Source: Dehalococcoidia bacterium (GTDB lineage Bacteria > Chloroflexota > Dehalococcoidia > Lucifugimonadales > UBA3495). Taken from it: 64,000 nucleotides of DNA. Positions 1-9,178 of this stretch are shown in pieces. The number at the start of each line of letters is the position of its first letter. Within the stretch, counting starts at the first letter, position 1. The notes beneath the pieces are model-generated. The model was given only the letters and a program-made list of their open reading frames with translations. It was not told the DNA's origin and did not search any database. The stretch spans positions 898,778 to 962,777 of the forward strand of contig OZ242042.1 of assembly GCA_965204905.1 (NCBI GenBank). Reading direction: 5' to 3'. The translations under genes were made by a program, and so were the position numbers.

Positions 1-2466
1 CGCCAGTACTGGCTGAAGTCGCCGCCGGAGATGGCAGACCTGTTCCATCGCCATCCCGACGCCGTGGCCAACACCAATGCTATCGCCGAACGCTGCTCCG
101 ACTTCAGCCTGCCCGACTACCTGGCCGGCCGATACGCCTACCCCGATTGTCCCGTGCCGCCGGGCTACGACGCCCATTCCTGGCTGCGTCGCCTGTGCGA
201 GGAGTCGGCGGCGCGGCGCTACGGGCGCATTGACCGCAGGATTGCGGAGAGGCTGGACCGGGAGTTCGACCTGATCGGCCGCCACGGGCTGGCCGGTTTC
301 TTCCTGGTCTATCACCGCATCGTCGAACTGGCCCGCGAGTGCATGCTGGAGCTGGGCTACGGACATACGGAAACTCCCCTGGAATGGTTGCCTCCCGGCC
401 GGGGTAGAGGTTCCTCGGTGTCCATGCTGGTGGGCTACCTCATCGGCCTCTCCCACGTTGACCCCTTGGAGTACGGCCTGGCCCTGGACCGGTTCCTGTC
501 CTCGGAAACCGCCCTTGTTCCCGACATCGACTTGGACTTTCCCCGCAACATCCGGGAGCGGCTCATCCTGCGGGTCATCGAGGAGTGGGGCTGGGACCAC
601 GCCGCCCTGGCCGGAATGATGCCCACCTACAAGGCGCGGGGCATCGTGCGCGACCTGGGCAAGGCCCTGGGTCTGCCGCCAGACGAGGTGGCCGCCCTGG
701 CCAGGAGCCTGGAGACCGACTCCCCTGCGGAGCTGTCCACGTCGCCCACTCTGCTGGCCCGGTGCGACCGCCCCGGCTGGCGGGACCTGCTGACCCTGTC
801 GCAGCAGCTGGCCGGCTTTCCCAAGGGGTTGGCCCAGCACCCCGGCGGAATGCTGGTGTCGTCCACTCCCCTCACCGACCTGATGCCCATCCAGCCCTCG
901 GCCATCGCCGGACGCTACGTGGCCCACTGGGACAAGGACAGCGTTGACGACGCCGGCATCCTCAAGATTGACCTGCTGGCCCTGGGCGCCCTGTCCCAGA
1001 TGCAGCAGGCGGTGCGGTTGGTGCGGTCCCGCACCGGCGTCGAGCCCGACCTCAGCCGCATCAACTACCGGGACCCGGAGGTGTTCGCCGACCTGGGACG
1101 GGGCGACACCGTGGGCGTGTTCCAGGTGGAGTCCGCCGCCCAGATGCAGACCATCGTCCGGATGCGGCCGGAGGACATCTACGACCTGGCACTGGAGGTG
1201 GCCGCGGTGCGGCCCGGCGTGGGCGCCAACGACGGCGTGGCTGAGTTCCTGCGCCGCCGGGAGGGCATGGCCTGGGACTACGACCATCCGTTGGAGCGAA
1301 ACGCGCTGGAACGGTCCATGGGGGTGATCATGTTCCAGGACCAGGTCGTGCAGCTGGGCATGGACGTGGGCGGCTTTACCGCCGCCGAGGCCGACCGGAT
1401 GCGCCGCGCCTTTGGGCGCCGCGACGGGCAACGGCTGGTAGCCCAGTACCGGGAGCGGTTCATCGTCGGATCCGGGGAGCGTGGGGTGCCGGCGGACACT
1501 GCCGAGGTCATCTTCGGCAAGTTCAACCCTCACTACATGTTTCCCGAGGGCCATGCCGTTGCCTTCGCCTTCACCGCCTACCAGATGGCGTGGCTGCGCC
1601 GGTATCACCCGCTGGAGTTCTTCGTGGCCCTGTTCAACGAGCAGCCCATGGGATTCTGGGACCTCGATACCCTCAAGCAGGACGCCCGCCGGCTGGGTAT
1701 GCGAGTGGCCCATCCCGACGTGAACCGTTCGCAGTTGCTCTGCACCGCTGAGGGCGACGACACCCTGCGCCTGGGGCTGACCTTCGTCAAGGGCGTGGAC
1801 AATCGCTTAGGAGAAACGCTGCTGCGAGCGAGAGAGGCCGGGGTGTTTGCCGATTTGTCGGACTTGCTGGCCCGGTCGGGATTGCCGCGAGAGGCTCTGG
1901 AGAACCTGGCTCGGGCCGGCGCCATGGATGCGCTGCCCGACTGCGCCGACCGGCGGAGCGTCCTGTGGCAGGTGGGCGCTGGTTACGTGTCCGGCGTGCG
2001 CCGCGGCCAACTGGCTCTGCCCCTGCCCGCCGCCAATCCTCCGCCTGCTCTAACCGCGGCCTCCCGAGCTCAGAGGACGCTGGACGAGTACGCCATGCTG
2101 GGTCTCTGTCCTGATAGTCACGTGATGGAGTTGGTGCGGCCTCAACTGGGACCGGAGGTTCTGACCAACGACGGTTTGCTGGGCTGTCGCGACGGCGACG
2201 TGGTGCGTGTGGCCGGCCGGGTGGTGCGCCGGCAGCGGCCCCTGGCCGCCGCGGTCTTCCTGACCTTGGAGGACGAGTACGGCCTGATTCCATTGGCGGT
2301 CTGGCCGGCCCAGTGGGAGCGGCTCAAGGGAGCGCTGCGCCGCTCTCTCGTCGTGGTGGAGGGACGGGTGTCCCGCCGTGACGACACCCTCAACGTGGCG
2401 GTTCACCAGGCGTGGCCGCTGTCCTTGGACCTGGACTACCGCCATGGTCGGCGGGACTGGCGATAG
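1..2466 (+). CDS. dnaE2: DNA polymerase III alpha subunit, DnaE2/ImuC-like error-prone type; 5' end outside window
   Basis: 811-aa ORF whose frame stays open back to nt 1 (RQYWLKSPPEM). Pol III alpha signatures read by eye: PDIDLDF, GVFQVESAAQ, FNEQPMGFW, and a C-terminal OB-like LTLEDEYGLIPLAVWP. The DnaE2-versus-DnaE call is a judgement, not a search. Confidence 0.8.
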   Translation, partial: RQYWLKSPPEMADLFHRHPDAVANTNAIAERCSDFSLPDYLAGRYAYPDCPVPPGYDAHSWLRRLCEESAARRYGRIDRRIAERLDREFDLIGRHGLAGFFLVYHRIVELARECMLELGYGHTETPLEWLPPGRGRGSSVSMLVGYLIGLSHVDPLEYGLALDRFLSSETALVPDIDLDFPRNIRERLILRVIEEWGWDHAALAGMMPTYKARGIVRDLGKALGLPPDEVAALARSLETDSPAELSTSPTLLARCDRPGWRDLLTLSQQLAGFPKGLAQHPGGMLVSSTPLTDLMPIQPSAIAGRYVAHWDKDSVDDAGILKIDLLALGALSQMQQAVRLVRSRTGVEPDLSRINYRDPEVFADLGRGDTVGVFQVESAAQMQTIVRMRPEDIYDLALEVAAVRPGVGANDGVAEFLRRREGMAWDYDHPLERNALERSMGVIMFQDQVVQLGMDVGGFTAAEADRMRRAFGRRDGQRLVAQYRERFIVGSGERGVPADTAEVIFGKFNPHYMFPEGHAVAFAFTAYQMAWLRRYHPLEFFVALFNEQPMGFWDLDTLKQDARRLGMRVAHPDVNRSQLLCTAEGDDTLRLGLTFVKGVDNRLGETLLRAREAGVFADLSDLLARSGLPREALENLARAGAMDALPDCADRRSVLWQVGAGYVSGVRRGQLALPLPAANPPPALTAASRAQRTLDEYAMLGLCPDSHVMELVRPQLGPEVLTNDGLLGCRDGDVVRVAGRVVRRQRPLAAAVFLTLEDEYGLIPLAVWPAQWERLKGALRRSLVVVEGRVSRRDDTLNVAVHQAWPLSLDLDYRHGRRDWR

Positions 2467-2531
2467 CGTTTTACCGGGTGGTGGGGGTTTTCACGGTCGT
2501 GGCGCCGGTGTTTTCGTCGCGGAGCGTGGTT

Positions 2532-3683
2532 TTAGACCCGGCCCCTTTCCATCGTGCACTGGAAAGAACGGGGCCGTTCGGGTCCCCTCGACGAGGTGGA
2601 GATTATCGCACTCGTCCTACCCTGCTTCTCAAGGGAGTCCGTTGGAACCGGACTGTTGGCGTTTGGATTGACGGGGTTAGGAAAATTGGGGATGTGGCTG
2701 TTGGCCAGGTGCTCAGGCATGGTGTACATCTGGACGCGATCGATGCCGTTTTGGAACATGTACGCGGTGTCGGGGCAGGTCATCCCGTCGGGTCCACCCC
2801 AGTTGCACTCATGCAGAAGGACGAACTCGCAGCCGGGGCAATCGGTTCGCTCGGTGCACTCCTCGCCGCTCACGTGCAGCCAGGCCGTTTCCTTGGACCA
2901 CCGGTGGTCTTCCGGCCCCATTCCGAAAGCTTTCCGTTTGCATTCAACGTTGTGGGTGACGTCGGCTGCTGGGTAAAACCCGTTGGCCACGTTGTCAGCC
3001 ATCGTGATGTACAGGAGATTTTCCAGTTCCGGCGGGTAGGGCGGCTCGTTGCCCTTGGGCAAGGTGCTGACGTCGATGACGAACAGGGGCAGCTTGGTGG
3101 CCTGGGCGTTTTCGATGGCGACGTTGCTCATGGTTGACCTGACGATCTCGATTATCCAGATTGGTTCGTCTTGGTCGTTGAATCCGGCGATGTCGGCGCG
3201 GGTTTTCCCGGCCGCGAGGCGGGCTTCGGTTCTGACCTCTGCCAAGTTCTGAAGAAGGTCAAAGTCATGGTAGCCCAACTGGAGTTGCTCGAATCCCTTG
3301 GGCTCGAAGTTGCTGGGTGGCGCTCCTTTGAAGATGCAGTGGACACCGTAGGTCTCATCGGGACATTGGTAGGAGATACGCCCTCGAAAGTTGCGCTGCT
3401 CGGGAGGCATCTGGAGGGACCTGCGGACTGAATCGGCTATGTCCATCTTGAGGCGGTAGTGAGCTGGCCCCTCGCCATGGCATTTGCTGTTGGAGGTGTG
3501 GGAGAAGTACTTGCGTCTGGGTTTGCTGCGTTGCAGGTCCGTCTTGGCAGCAGAACCCTGGCCATCTTTCACGATGAGGCGGTCTTCGCACGTGAAGCAC
3601 GTGAGGCCCTTCTGGCCCCTCTGGACGTCGGCGAGGCCGACGACTTGGCCGTCGAGTAAGGCGTACTGGATGGTTGGAGGCAT
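2532..3683 (-). CDS. CoiA-like competence/nuclease family protein
   Basis: Start moved to the internal ATG at 3683 (MPPTIQYALLDGQVV), which leaves a 64-nt gap to the upstream gene. The N-terminal pattern (GLTCFTCEDRLIVKDG ... YFSHTSNSKCHGEGPAHY) matches the CoiA zinc-finger-like head. The central ADIAGF...IWIIEIVRS looks like a PD-(D/E)xK core. Confidence 0.5.
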   Translation of the reverse strand: MPPTIQYALLDGQVVGLADVQRGQKGLTCFTCEDRLIVKDGQGSAAKTDLQRSKPRRKYFSHTSNSKCHGEGPAHYRLKMDIADSVRRSLQMPPEQRNFRGRISYQCPDETYGVHCIFKGAPPSNFEPKGFEQLQLGYHDFDLLQNLAEVRTEARLAAGKTRADIAGFNDQDEPIWIIEIVRSTMSNVAIENAQATKLPLFVIDVSTLPKGNEPPYPPELENLLYITMADNVANGFYPAADVTHNVECKRKAFGMGPEDHRWSKETAWLHVSGEECTERTDCPGCEFVLLHECNWGGPDGMTCPDTAYMFQNGIDRVQMYTMPEHLANSHIPNFPNPVNPNANSPVPTDSLEKQGRTSAIISTSSRGPERPRSFQCTMERGRV

Positions 3684-3747
3684 ATTGCTGAACCTCGGCT
3701 TTATGGCACCTGAGGGGCAGTGGTGTTGTCTATGGCGGAAGCTCTGG

Positions 3748-4431
3748 TTACTGGGCCAAACGGCGGTCCTTCTCGGCTTCTGCATGGTGGCCCAGGTTTT
3801 CGTGTATCCAGGCCCGCATTCGGTACGCCTCTGGGTCGTGACCTTCGAACAGTTCGATGTGGCGATTCATGTCGGTCAGCGCTCGTGTCCAGTCCGGCTT
3901 GGGCAGTTGCGTCAACGCGATGGCGCGGTGTCCGTAACCCATGGGGTGGTGCGGATCTAGCTCTACGGCGCGGCTGGCGTCCTCAACGCCCTTTTGGGGT
4001 TGGGGCGTGGCAGCGATGGTATAAGCGTGCGCTCGTCGGCGCCAGTGTCCGGCGTCATTCGGGTCGAGTTCGATCGCCGTGCTGTAGTCTGCGAGGGCCT
4101 CATCATGTCGGCCGGCGTACATATAGGCGGTTCCTCTGGCCTCGTATAGGCCGGCCACCCCTGGCTGGATCCGGGTGGCTTCGTTGTAGGCGGCTATCGC
4201 AGCGAACCACGCTGATTCCCTCATGTGTGAGTAACCCTGACGGTAGGCGGAAACCGCTTTCGGGTCGGTCAGTCCGGAAGGAGCGTCTGGATCAATGATC
4301 ATGACCTGGGACCGGTTGGGCGTCGGCAGGGAGATCTCCTGATGGCGTGGCTCGTCTTGCGGAGTTCCGGCTCGGCAGGCGAGCACGGTCGTCAACACCA
4401 TGATGACCACGGCTATGTTGTTCCATCGCAT
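3748..4431 (-). CDS. TPR-repeat lipoprotein
   Basis: Start set at MRWNNIAVVIMVLTTVLAC, a signal peptide with a lipobox Cys. Repeated TPR-like A..Y..A...P motifs follow (AIAAYNEATRIQP, ALADYSTAIELDP, ASRAVELDP). Confidence 0.75.
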   Translation of the reverse strand: MRWNNIAVVIMVLTTVLACRAGTPQDEPRHQEISLPTPNRSQVMIIDPDAPSGLTDPKAVSAYRQGYSHMRESAWFAAIAAYNEATRIQPGVAGLYEARGTAYMYAGRHDEALADYSTAIELDPNDAGHWRRRAHAYTIAATPQPQKGVEDASRAVELDPHHPMGYGHRAIALTQLPKPDWTRALTDMNRHIELFEGHDPEAYRMRAWIHENLGHHAEAEKDRRLAQ

Positions 4432-4527
4432 CCTAGCCTGCCCGCACGTTTGAACGTGAGGGCGCATTCTACCCGGTTTTCACTAAACCATCGGCGGTAG
4501 GTCCGCGCCGTCTGGTTGCCTTGTCGG

Positions 4528-5637
4528 TCACTTTTCGCAGACTACACCGTCGCCGTCGCCGTCTCGGGCGCTGGGCACCATCCATTTCGGAAATCCGCGC
4601 CCGCTGCCCTTGCTGCCTTGAACGCGTGTTTGGCCCGCTGCCTGGGCGGCGTCGCAAGAAATGTAAATGGTCACCGTCGCCGTGGGGTTCGGTCGCGCTG
4701 GCGTTCGGGTGGGGATTGCGGTCGGCATCGCCCGAGACTGGTGGTCCACGGTAAGTTGGGGACGGTTCGCGCACGTGTTGAGCATCTCGGTCAGGGCGTC
4801 ATGTTCCGCCTGGGTGACGGAGAGCGCCCAGGTGTTCTTGATGGTGATCCAGTCGATAGCGTACTGGCACCAGTAGGTGCGGTCTTCCGGTCTCCAGTCC
4901 TCGGGGCCGCGGGCACCTTTGGACCTGTTGGCGCCGGCGGTGACTGCGATTAGGTGTTGGGGATCCGCCAGGTGGTTGGCGTAGCGTTCTCGTTGGGCGT
5001 CCGACCAGTTCCAGGCTCCGCTAAGGTGGGCATTGCCCAGGGGCACCATGTGGTCGATGTCCAGCTTGCTGGGATCCGTAACGAGCGTGCTGGTGTAGGG
5101 TGCCAGCCACCGGCCGGAGTCGACGCGGCATTTTCGGTCGGTGCGGAAGCCGACTCGGGTTTGGCTTTCCGCTACTAAAACCTCCTGGCGGGCGTCTTGG
5201 CAGTCCCCGTCCGCGTCGGTCCAGTGGTTCCAGTCGTGGCGGTCGTAAGTCGGAAGGTTTGACGGGATGGCCGACACCGTCACGCGCAACGCCATTGTGG
5301 GGATGGTCGGGGATGCCGTCGGACTGGTCGGTGGTGAAGTCGGCACCGGGGTAGCTGTGGGCGGCTCGGTAGTTGCGGTCGCGATGGGAACGACGCTTGT
5401 CGACGGCGCTGGTGGCGTCGCGGTTGGTGTCGGTTCAAGCGTGTCCGTCGGGGATGGGAGCGACCGAGTCGCGGCGGGGGTGGGCGTTCCTGCGGTGGGT
5501 TCAGTGGCCGGCACCGTGGTTGCCACAGCCTGCGGCGCTGCGTCGTTGCTGCCCTGCGGCGGTGGTGGTGCGGGTTCGGTCGTGCAGGCCAGGAGCAGGG
5601 CGGTCAGGATCAGGATGACGGCAAGGAATGTTCTCAA
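4528..5637 (-). CDS. Secreted lipoprotein nuclease: DUF1524/HNH-type domain plus C-terminal Excalibur Ca-binding domain
   Basis: Lipoprotein signal (MRTFLAVILILTALLLAC) and a Pro/Thr-rich linker. His-Me finger style DIDHMVPLGNAH ... ANRSKG. C-terminal DGDGDGVVCE Excalibur motif. Confidence 0.7.
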   Translation of the reverse strand: MRTFLAVILILTALLLACTTEPAPPPPQGSNDAAPQAVATTVPATEPTAGTPTPAATRSLPSPTDTLEPTPTATPPAPSTSVVPIATATTEPPTATPVPTSPPTSPTASPTIPTMALRVTVSAIPSNLPTYDRHDWNHWTDADGDCQDARQEVLVAESQTRVGFRTDRKCRVDSGRWLAPYTSTLVTDPSKLDIDHMVPLGNAHLSGAWNWSDAQRERYANHLADPQHLIAVTAGANRSKGARGPEDWRPEDRTYWCQYAIDWITIKNTWALSVTQAEHDALTEMLNTCANRPQLTVDHQSRAMPTAIPTRTPARPNPTATVTIYISCDAAQAAGQTRVQGSKGSGRGFPKWMVPSARDGDGDGVVCEK

Positions 5638-5726
5638 CTCTGGTACTCCGTGGGACGTTGCGGGTTTGAGAGGAAACGGCGGGAATTGTCCCGCGCAATC
5701 GGCGCATCGGCAATGCTCGAAAGCGG

Positions 5727-6005
5727 TCAGAAGTCGTCCGTGGCGCTGTCCTAGGGCTCGTACTCGTCATCCACGTGGTCTGGGCAGTCGGCGGCGCTGA
5801 TGTCGCAGAACCGGCACTCTTGGTGGGTGGTGGTTACGCGTCTTACCGGTTCGTCCCTCGCGATCCGCCGGATCAGCGTGCACAGGCTCTGGACGAACTG
5901 CTCGTCGACGGCGTCGGGCGGAATGCGGGCGGTGTGGTCCCGGTATGAAACCCGCCCAGTGGGTTTGACGTTCCGGTACCGCTGGAGTGCCCTGGGGATG
6001 TGCGG
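5727..6005 (-). pseudogene. Cas4-like PD-(D/E)XK nuclease, C-terminal fragment (family A, fragment 1)
   Basis: IPRALQRYRNVKPTGRVSYRDHTARIPPDAVDEQFVQSL..QECRFCDISAADCPDHVDDEYEP aligns to the C-terminus of copy A3. A premature TAG occurs where the paralogs read EDCATDDF, and the ancestral stop is still visible at 5727-5729. The N-terminal two thirds are missing. Confidence 0.7.
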
Positions 6006-6113
6006 CTGCAACGAATCCGGAAGGACGACTGCCCGATCCGCGAGTGAACACGCCCGATTGTACCGGGGCCGCTGTCCATCAGGTTTGGTTTGTATTTTGA
6101 GACTATCCTGTCG

Positions 6114-6842
6114 TCATGGTATGTACTGCAAAAACGTCACGTCTGGACCACCGGCCGCGGCTTCTTCCTGTTCCTGTCCCACCACGAAGGGCATCGTTGT
6201 CATGCCTGTCGCTCGGTTGAATATCTGTGCCCGCTCGGCGGCCCGGCCCCGGTCTCCGTCCTGGACAGTGACGGATATCTCGATCACCGCGCAGACGACG
6301 TTGCCCTGCTGGTCCTCGCAGTGGACTATGCTGTCCGCGTCTACCAGTTGGTTGGCCTGTTGGCGGGTGATGCGTCCGTCTTCGATAGCGGGCAGGAGAA
6401 CGTTGCCCTCAAATTCGGATGCGTCCCATCGGGTTGCGAAGATGACAGCGGCTTTGTGCATGTCCAGCCGTTCTCTGACCATGCGGCGCGACTGCTCGAT
6501 GGCTTTGCTCTCGTAGTCGCTACCCGTCAGGTTGGCAATCTGGCCTGATGTGCGAGTGCCTTGCTCTATCAGGTTGTCGACCTGCCCTGATATGCGGTTC
6601 ACGTCGGTCCTGAGCTCGCTCACGTCGGCCCTGAGCTCGCTTACGTCCTCTTCCAGCCGGGTGAACCGGGCGGGTAGCAGCAGGAGTTCCTGGGTGAGGA
6701 TCTCCTTTCTGAGATCCTGGCGAATGGCGTCGTCGTTGCGGATGACGTCTACGACGTGCTTGTGGAATTCCCGTTGCAGATCGGGGTTCTGTTCCAGCGC
6801 GTCGAGGATGTCCTGCATGGTGGCGATGTTCTGTTGGGTCAT
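6114..6842 (-). CDS. Hypothetical coiled-coil protein with a possible restriction-endonuclease-like C-terminal half (DUF3782-style)
   Basis: 242-aa ORF. It has a heptad tandem repeat EDVSELRADVSELRTDV encoded by a 21-nt DNA repeat near 6590-6650. The C-terminal DADSIVHCE..VVCAVIEISV pattern is nuclease-like. It sits between the A1 gene and the A fragment. Confidence 0.5.
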   Translation of the reverse strand: MTQQNIATMQDILDALEQNPDLQREFHKHVVDVIRNDDAIRQDLRKEILTQELLLLPARFTRLEEDVSELRADVSELRTDVNRISGQVDNLIEQGTRTSGQIANLTGSDYESKAIEQSRRMVRERLDMHKAAVIFATRWDASEFEGNVLLPAIEDGRITRQQANQLVDADSIVHCEDQQGNVVCAVIEISVTVQDGDRGRAAERAQIFNRATGMTTMPFVVGQEQEEAAAGGPDVTFLQYIP

Positions 6843-6921
6843 GGTGGTTGCCTCGTTTGAATTATATCCTTGTTCGGAGCGTCACGGGAGGCCGGGTTCG
6901 GGCAAATTGCCGCCGCCCCTC

Positions 6922-7572
6922 TCAGAAGTCCTCTATGGCGGTCTCGGCCGGCTCGTGTGACACTTCCAGGCGTTCTGGGCAGTCCAGTTCGGTAATGTCG
7001 CAGAAACGGCACTCCTGCGCGCTGGGGGTGGCCGGGGGTGGGTCCGGCGCTGCCACCTTCTGGATCAGCGTGCCCAGATCACGGATGAACCCGTTGTCCA
7101 GCGCTCCCCGCGGTACTCGGGTGACGTGTCGTGGGTAGGCCACATGGCCGGCAATCATGCTGTCGTGGTACTCCGGCCTCGCCCTGGCGATGGCGTATTT
7201 GTAGATCTGGACTTGGACTGCGTGCCAGGCCTGTTCGCGGCCGGTCTTCACGTCGATGACCAGGACGTCATCACCGCGTTCCACGATCAGGTCCGGTTTG
7301 CCGACCAGGAGGGCCGTGCGGCCGCGCAGCCGGAAGACGTTTTGGTTCTCGACCGTGACGGTGTAGCCGCGGTCTTTCCACTCCTCTTTCTGCTCGTTGA
7401 GGAGCGCGGTGTGGCGCAGCATCCATTCAGATTGGTTGAAGTCAGAGGGTGGGCGATCCCAGCCCTGGTAATGGGCCTTGAACCAGACGGCCCACTCGCA
7501 GGAGTTCTCGCCGGTGAGGAGTTTGGGCAGCCAGGTTGCCCAGATGTAGGGGAAGTCTCGTTGCTCTGCCAC
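6922..7572 (-). CDS. Standalone Cas4-like PD-(D/E)XK nuclease with 4-Cys cluster (family A, copy A1)
   Basis: GTG start at 7572 chosen by homology with A2/A3, giving the same 651-nt length. Motifs: ENSCEW; GKPDLI..VLVIDVKTG (D, DxK); QVQIYKY (QxxxY); CRFCDITELDC (CxxCx5C). Confidence 0.8.
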   Translation of the reverse strand: MAEQRDFPYIWATWLPKLLTGENSCEWAVWFKAHYQGWDRPPSDFNQSEWMLRHTALLNEQKEEWKDRGYTVTVENQNVFRLRGRTALLVGKPDLIVERGDDVLVIDVKTGREQAWHAVQVQIYKYAIARARPEYHDSMIAGHVAYPRHVTRVPRGALDNGFIRDLGTLIQKVAAPDPPPATPSAQECRFCDITELDCPERLEVSHEPAETAIEDF

Positions 7573-7900
7573 GGCACGGCACCGTCCTGGGGGATTAGCC
7601 GTGGGTCGGCTTGACCTGAGTTTATTGGGTTGGCGGTTAGGTTCGCTACGGGCTGTTGTCATCAAAAACTTGGCCGCCCCGTTGGTCGGGGCGGCCGCTG
7701 TCGTGGTTAGTCCGCTACGCATCAATTGTGCCAGCCGTCGGTGCCGACGCGCTACTGGCCACTGTCAGCAATTTTGGGCTTGGCGTCGTCGACTTCGCTA
7801 TCGAGGGACGTGCGCGCCCAAACCGGCTGGTTTGGCCTGTCGGTTCTGTGGTGTCCCATCGTTAGGGTAACGGCGTTTCGGTGACATTCCCCGGTGAGGC
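7573..7900 (-). promoter_or_regulatory. Conserved non-coding leader of family A (UCR-A1), includes a C-type repeat at 7815-7890
   Basis: About 200 nt alignable by eye with 12782-12965, 31276-31470 and 42048-42380. Indels break every reading frame between copies. Contains two sub-repeats of the form TTGATGAC...CGTAGCG.AC and a terminator hairpin. Confidence 0.6.
7661..7696 (-). terminator. Intrinsic terminator inside the family A leader
   Basis: Minus-sense GGCCGCCCC-GACCAAC-GGGGCGGCC followed by AAGUUUUUGAUGA, about 95 nt upstream of the GTG start of A1. Confidence 0.55.
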
Positions 7901-8002
7901 AACGGGTAGGTCTTGGTAATCGTCGCCGGATCGTCGGGCCGCGGTAGGGGTTAACAGTGCCATCTGACGGTCATCCGTGTGCTCGTGGGGCTTCGTTGCC
8001 AC

Positions 8003-9178
8003 TTATTCGGGGAACTCGGCGGTGAGGTCCTCGATGAATTGCCACACGTTCGTCAGTTCGTCTGGTTCTGCGAGGTACCCGTCCGGCAGGTTGGCCAATC
8101 GTTCTACATCCTCTCGGTTGAAGGGCAGGGCGGCCGCGAGCTGGGACCGTTGGATAATGTCATTGGCATCTAGGGCTTCGAAAACCCTTCTCACCAATCG
8201 GGGTTCCTCAAATGGCTCAACGTCGTCGAACGGTTCGAGCGTATTCCACCCGCGTCTGTTGTAGCTGATGTAGAGCCGCCTGGATTCGTCCTTGTCGATT
8301 ATGTTGAGATCATGTGCCCGGTGAATCATCATCTTGACCGATGTGCGCCACTTGGTTTTCAGGGTTCTGAACACCTCCAAGGTCGGTCTGGTGAGGTCGG
8401 ATGAGAAAGTCTGTGCCGGCGTCAGAAATGCCGAAGCGAATCGGTCGGCCTGGGTTTCGATGAGTTTGAAGTACATTTTGGAATCGAATTCGGTGGATGA
8501 CACATTGCGGTGCAGTATCAGGTGCCCGAGTTCGTGGCCGACGTTGAATCGTGAACGGAACGCGGATTGGCCATCCGACCCCAAGACGATGTACGGTCGC
8601 TCAACCGATTCATCCCAAGTGGAAAAAGCATCGAGATTGGCGGTGCCCATCTCCATCTTCACCACGACTACCCCGTGATTCTCGGCCAGCAGGGTCATGT
8701 TGCTGATGGGTCCATCGCCCAGTTGCCAATTCCTGCGGGCCGTCCTCGCGATCTCTTCGATGTCTTGGTCGGTGATTGACCGCCAGCCACCACGGTCTTG
8801 GATTTCGGGAACATCCGCGTCGGGCAGACGCACGAATTGGCCAAGATACTGGAGTGTTTCGTGCAACCAGGTGAGCCGGTGCCTCGCGCGTGTCCTGGCT
8901 GACTTGGTCGTAGCGGCTCTGGAGCGTTCAAATACAGTCCTGTCTCGTTGCCGCGCCGGGTCCTCCACGGGCCGGAAGAAAAAAGCAGGCTTGAAATTCA
9001 AAGCGCGGCAGAGCTTGTCGAACACTGCAGGGCTGGGAGTGGTGTGCCCTTTTTCGTAAGACGAAATCGCTGACGAGGTGACACCTGATAGTTCCGCCAA
9101 GGCAATCGCAGTCATCTGTCGTGCTTCTCTGCCCTCTCTGAGCCGTTGTCCGACAAAACCTGGGCTACCAGAGCGCAT
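8003..9178 (-). CDS. XRE-type HTH fused to ImmA/IrrE (COG2856) zinc metallopeptidase
   Basis: N-terminal HTH (GQRLREGREARQMTAIALAELSGVTSSAISSYEKG) and the HELGHLILH zinc motif. Confidence 0.85.
   Translation of the reverse strand: MRSGSPGFVGQRLREGREARQMTAIALAELSGVTSSAISSYEKGHTTPSPAVFDKLCRALNFKPAFFFRPVEDPARQRDRTVFERSRAATTKSARTRARHRLTWLHETLQYLGQFVRLPDADVPEIQDRGGWRSITDQDIEEIARTARRNWQLGDGPISNMTLLAENHGVVVVKMEMGTANLDAFSTWDESVERPYIVLGSDGQSAFRSRFNVGHELGHLILHRNVSSTEFDSKMYFKLIETQADRFASAFLTPAQTFSSDLTRPTLEVFRTLKTKWRTSVKMMIHRAHDLNIIDKDESRRLYISYNRRGWNTLEPFDDVEPFEEPRLVRRVFEALDANDIIQRSQLAAALPFNREDVERLANLPDGYLAEPDELTNVWQFIEDLTAEFPE

Noticed and set aside
2541-2575. Stem-loop GGCCCCTTTCCA..TGGAAAG..GGGGCC between the convergent dnaE2 and CoiA-like genes, considered as a bidirectional terminator.
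   Set aside because: It lies inside the last codons of the CoiA-like ORF and has no U tract on either strand. It may still act as a terminator, but that cannot be supported from sequence alone.
7573-7725. The ORF track extends Cas4-like copy A1 upstream to 7725 (267 aa).
   Set aside because: The other two copies start at the homologous GTG and are exactly 651 nt long. The extension runs through the non-coding leader and its terminator hairpin and is not open in the paralogs.
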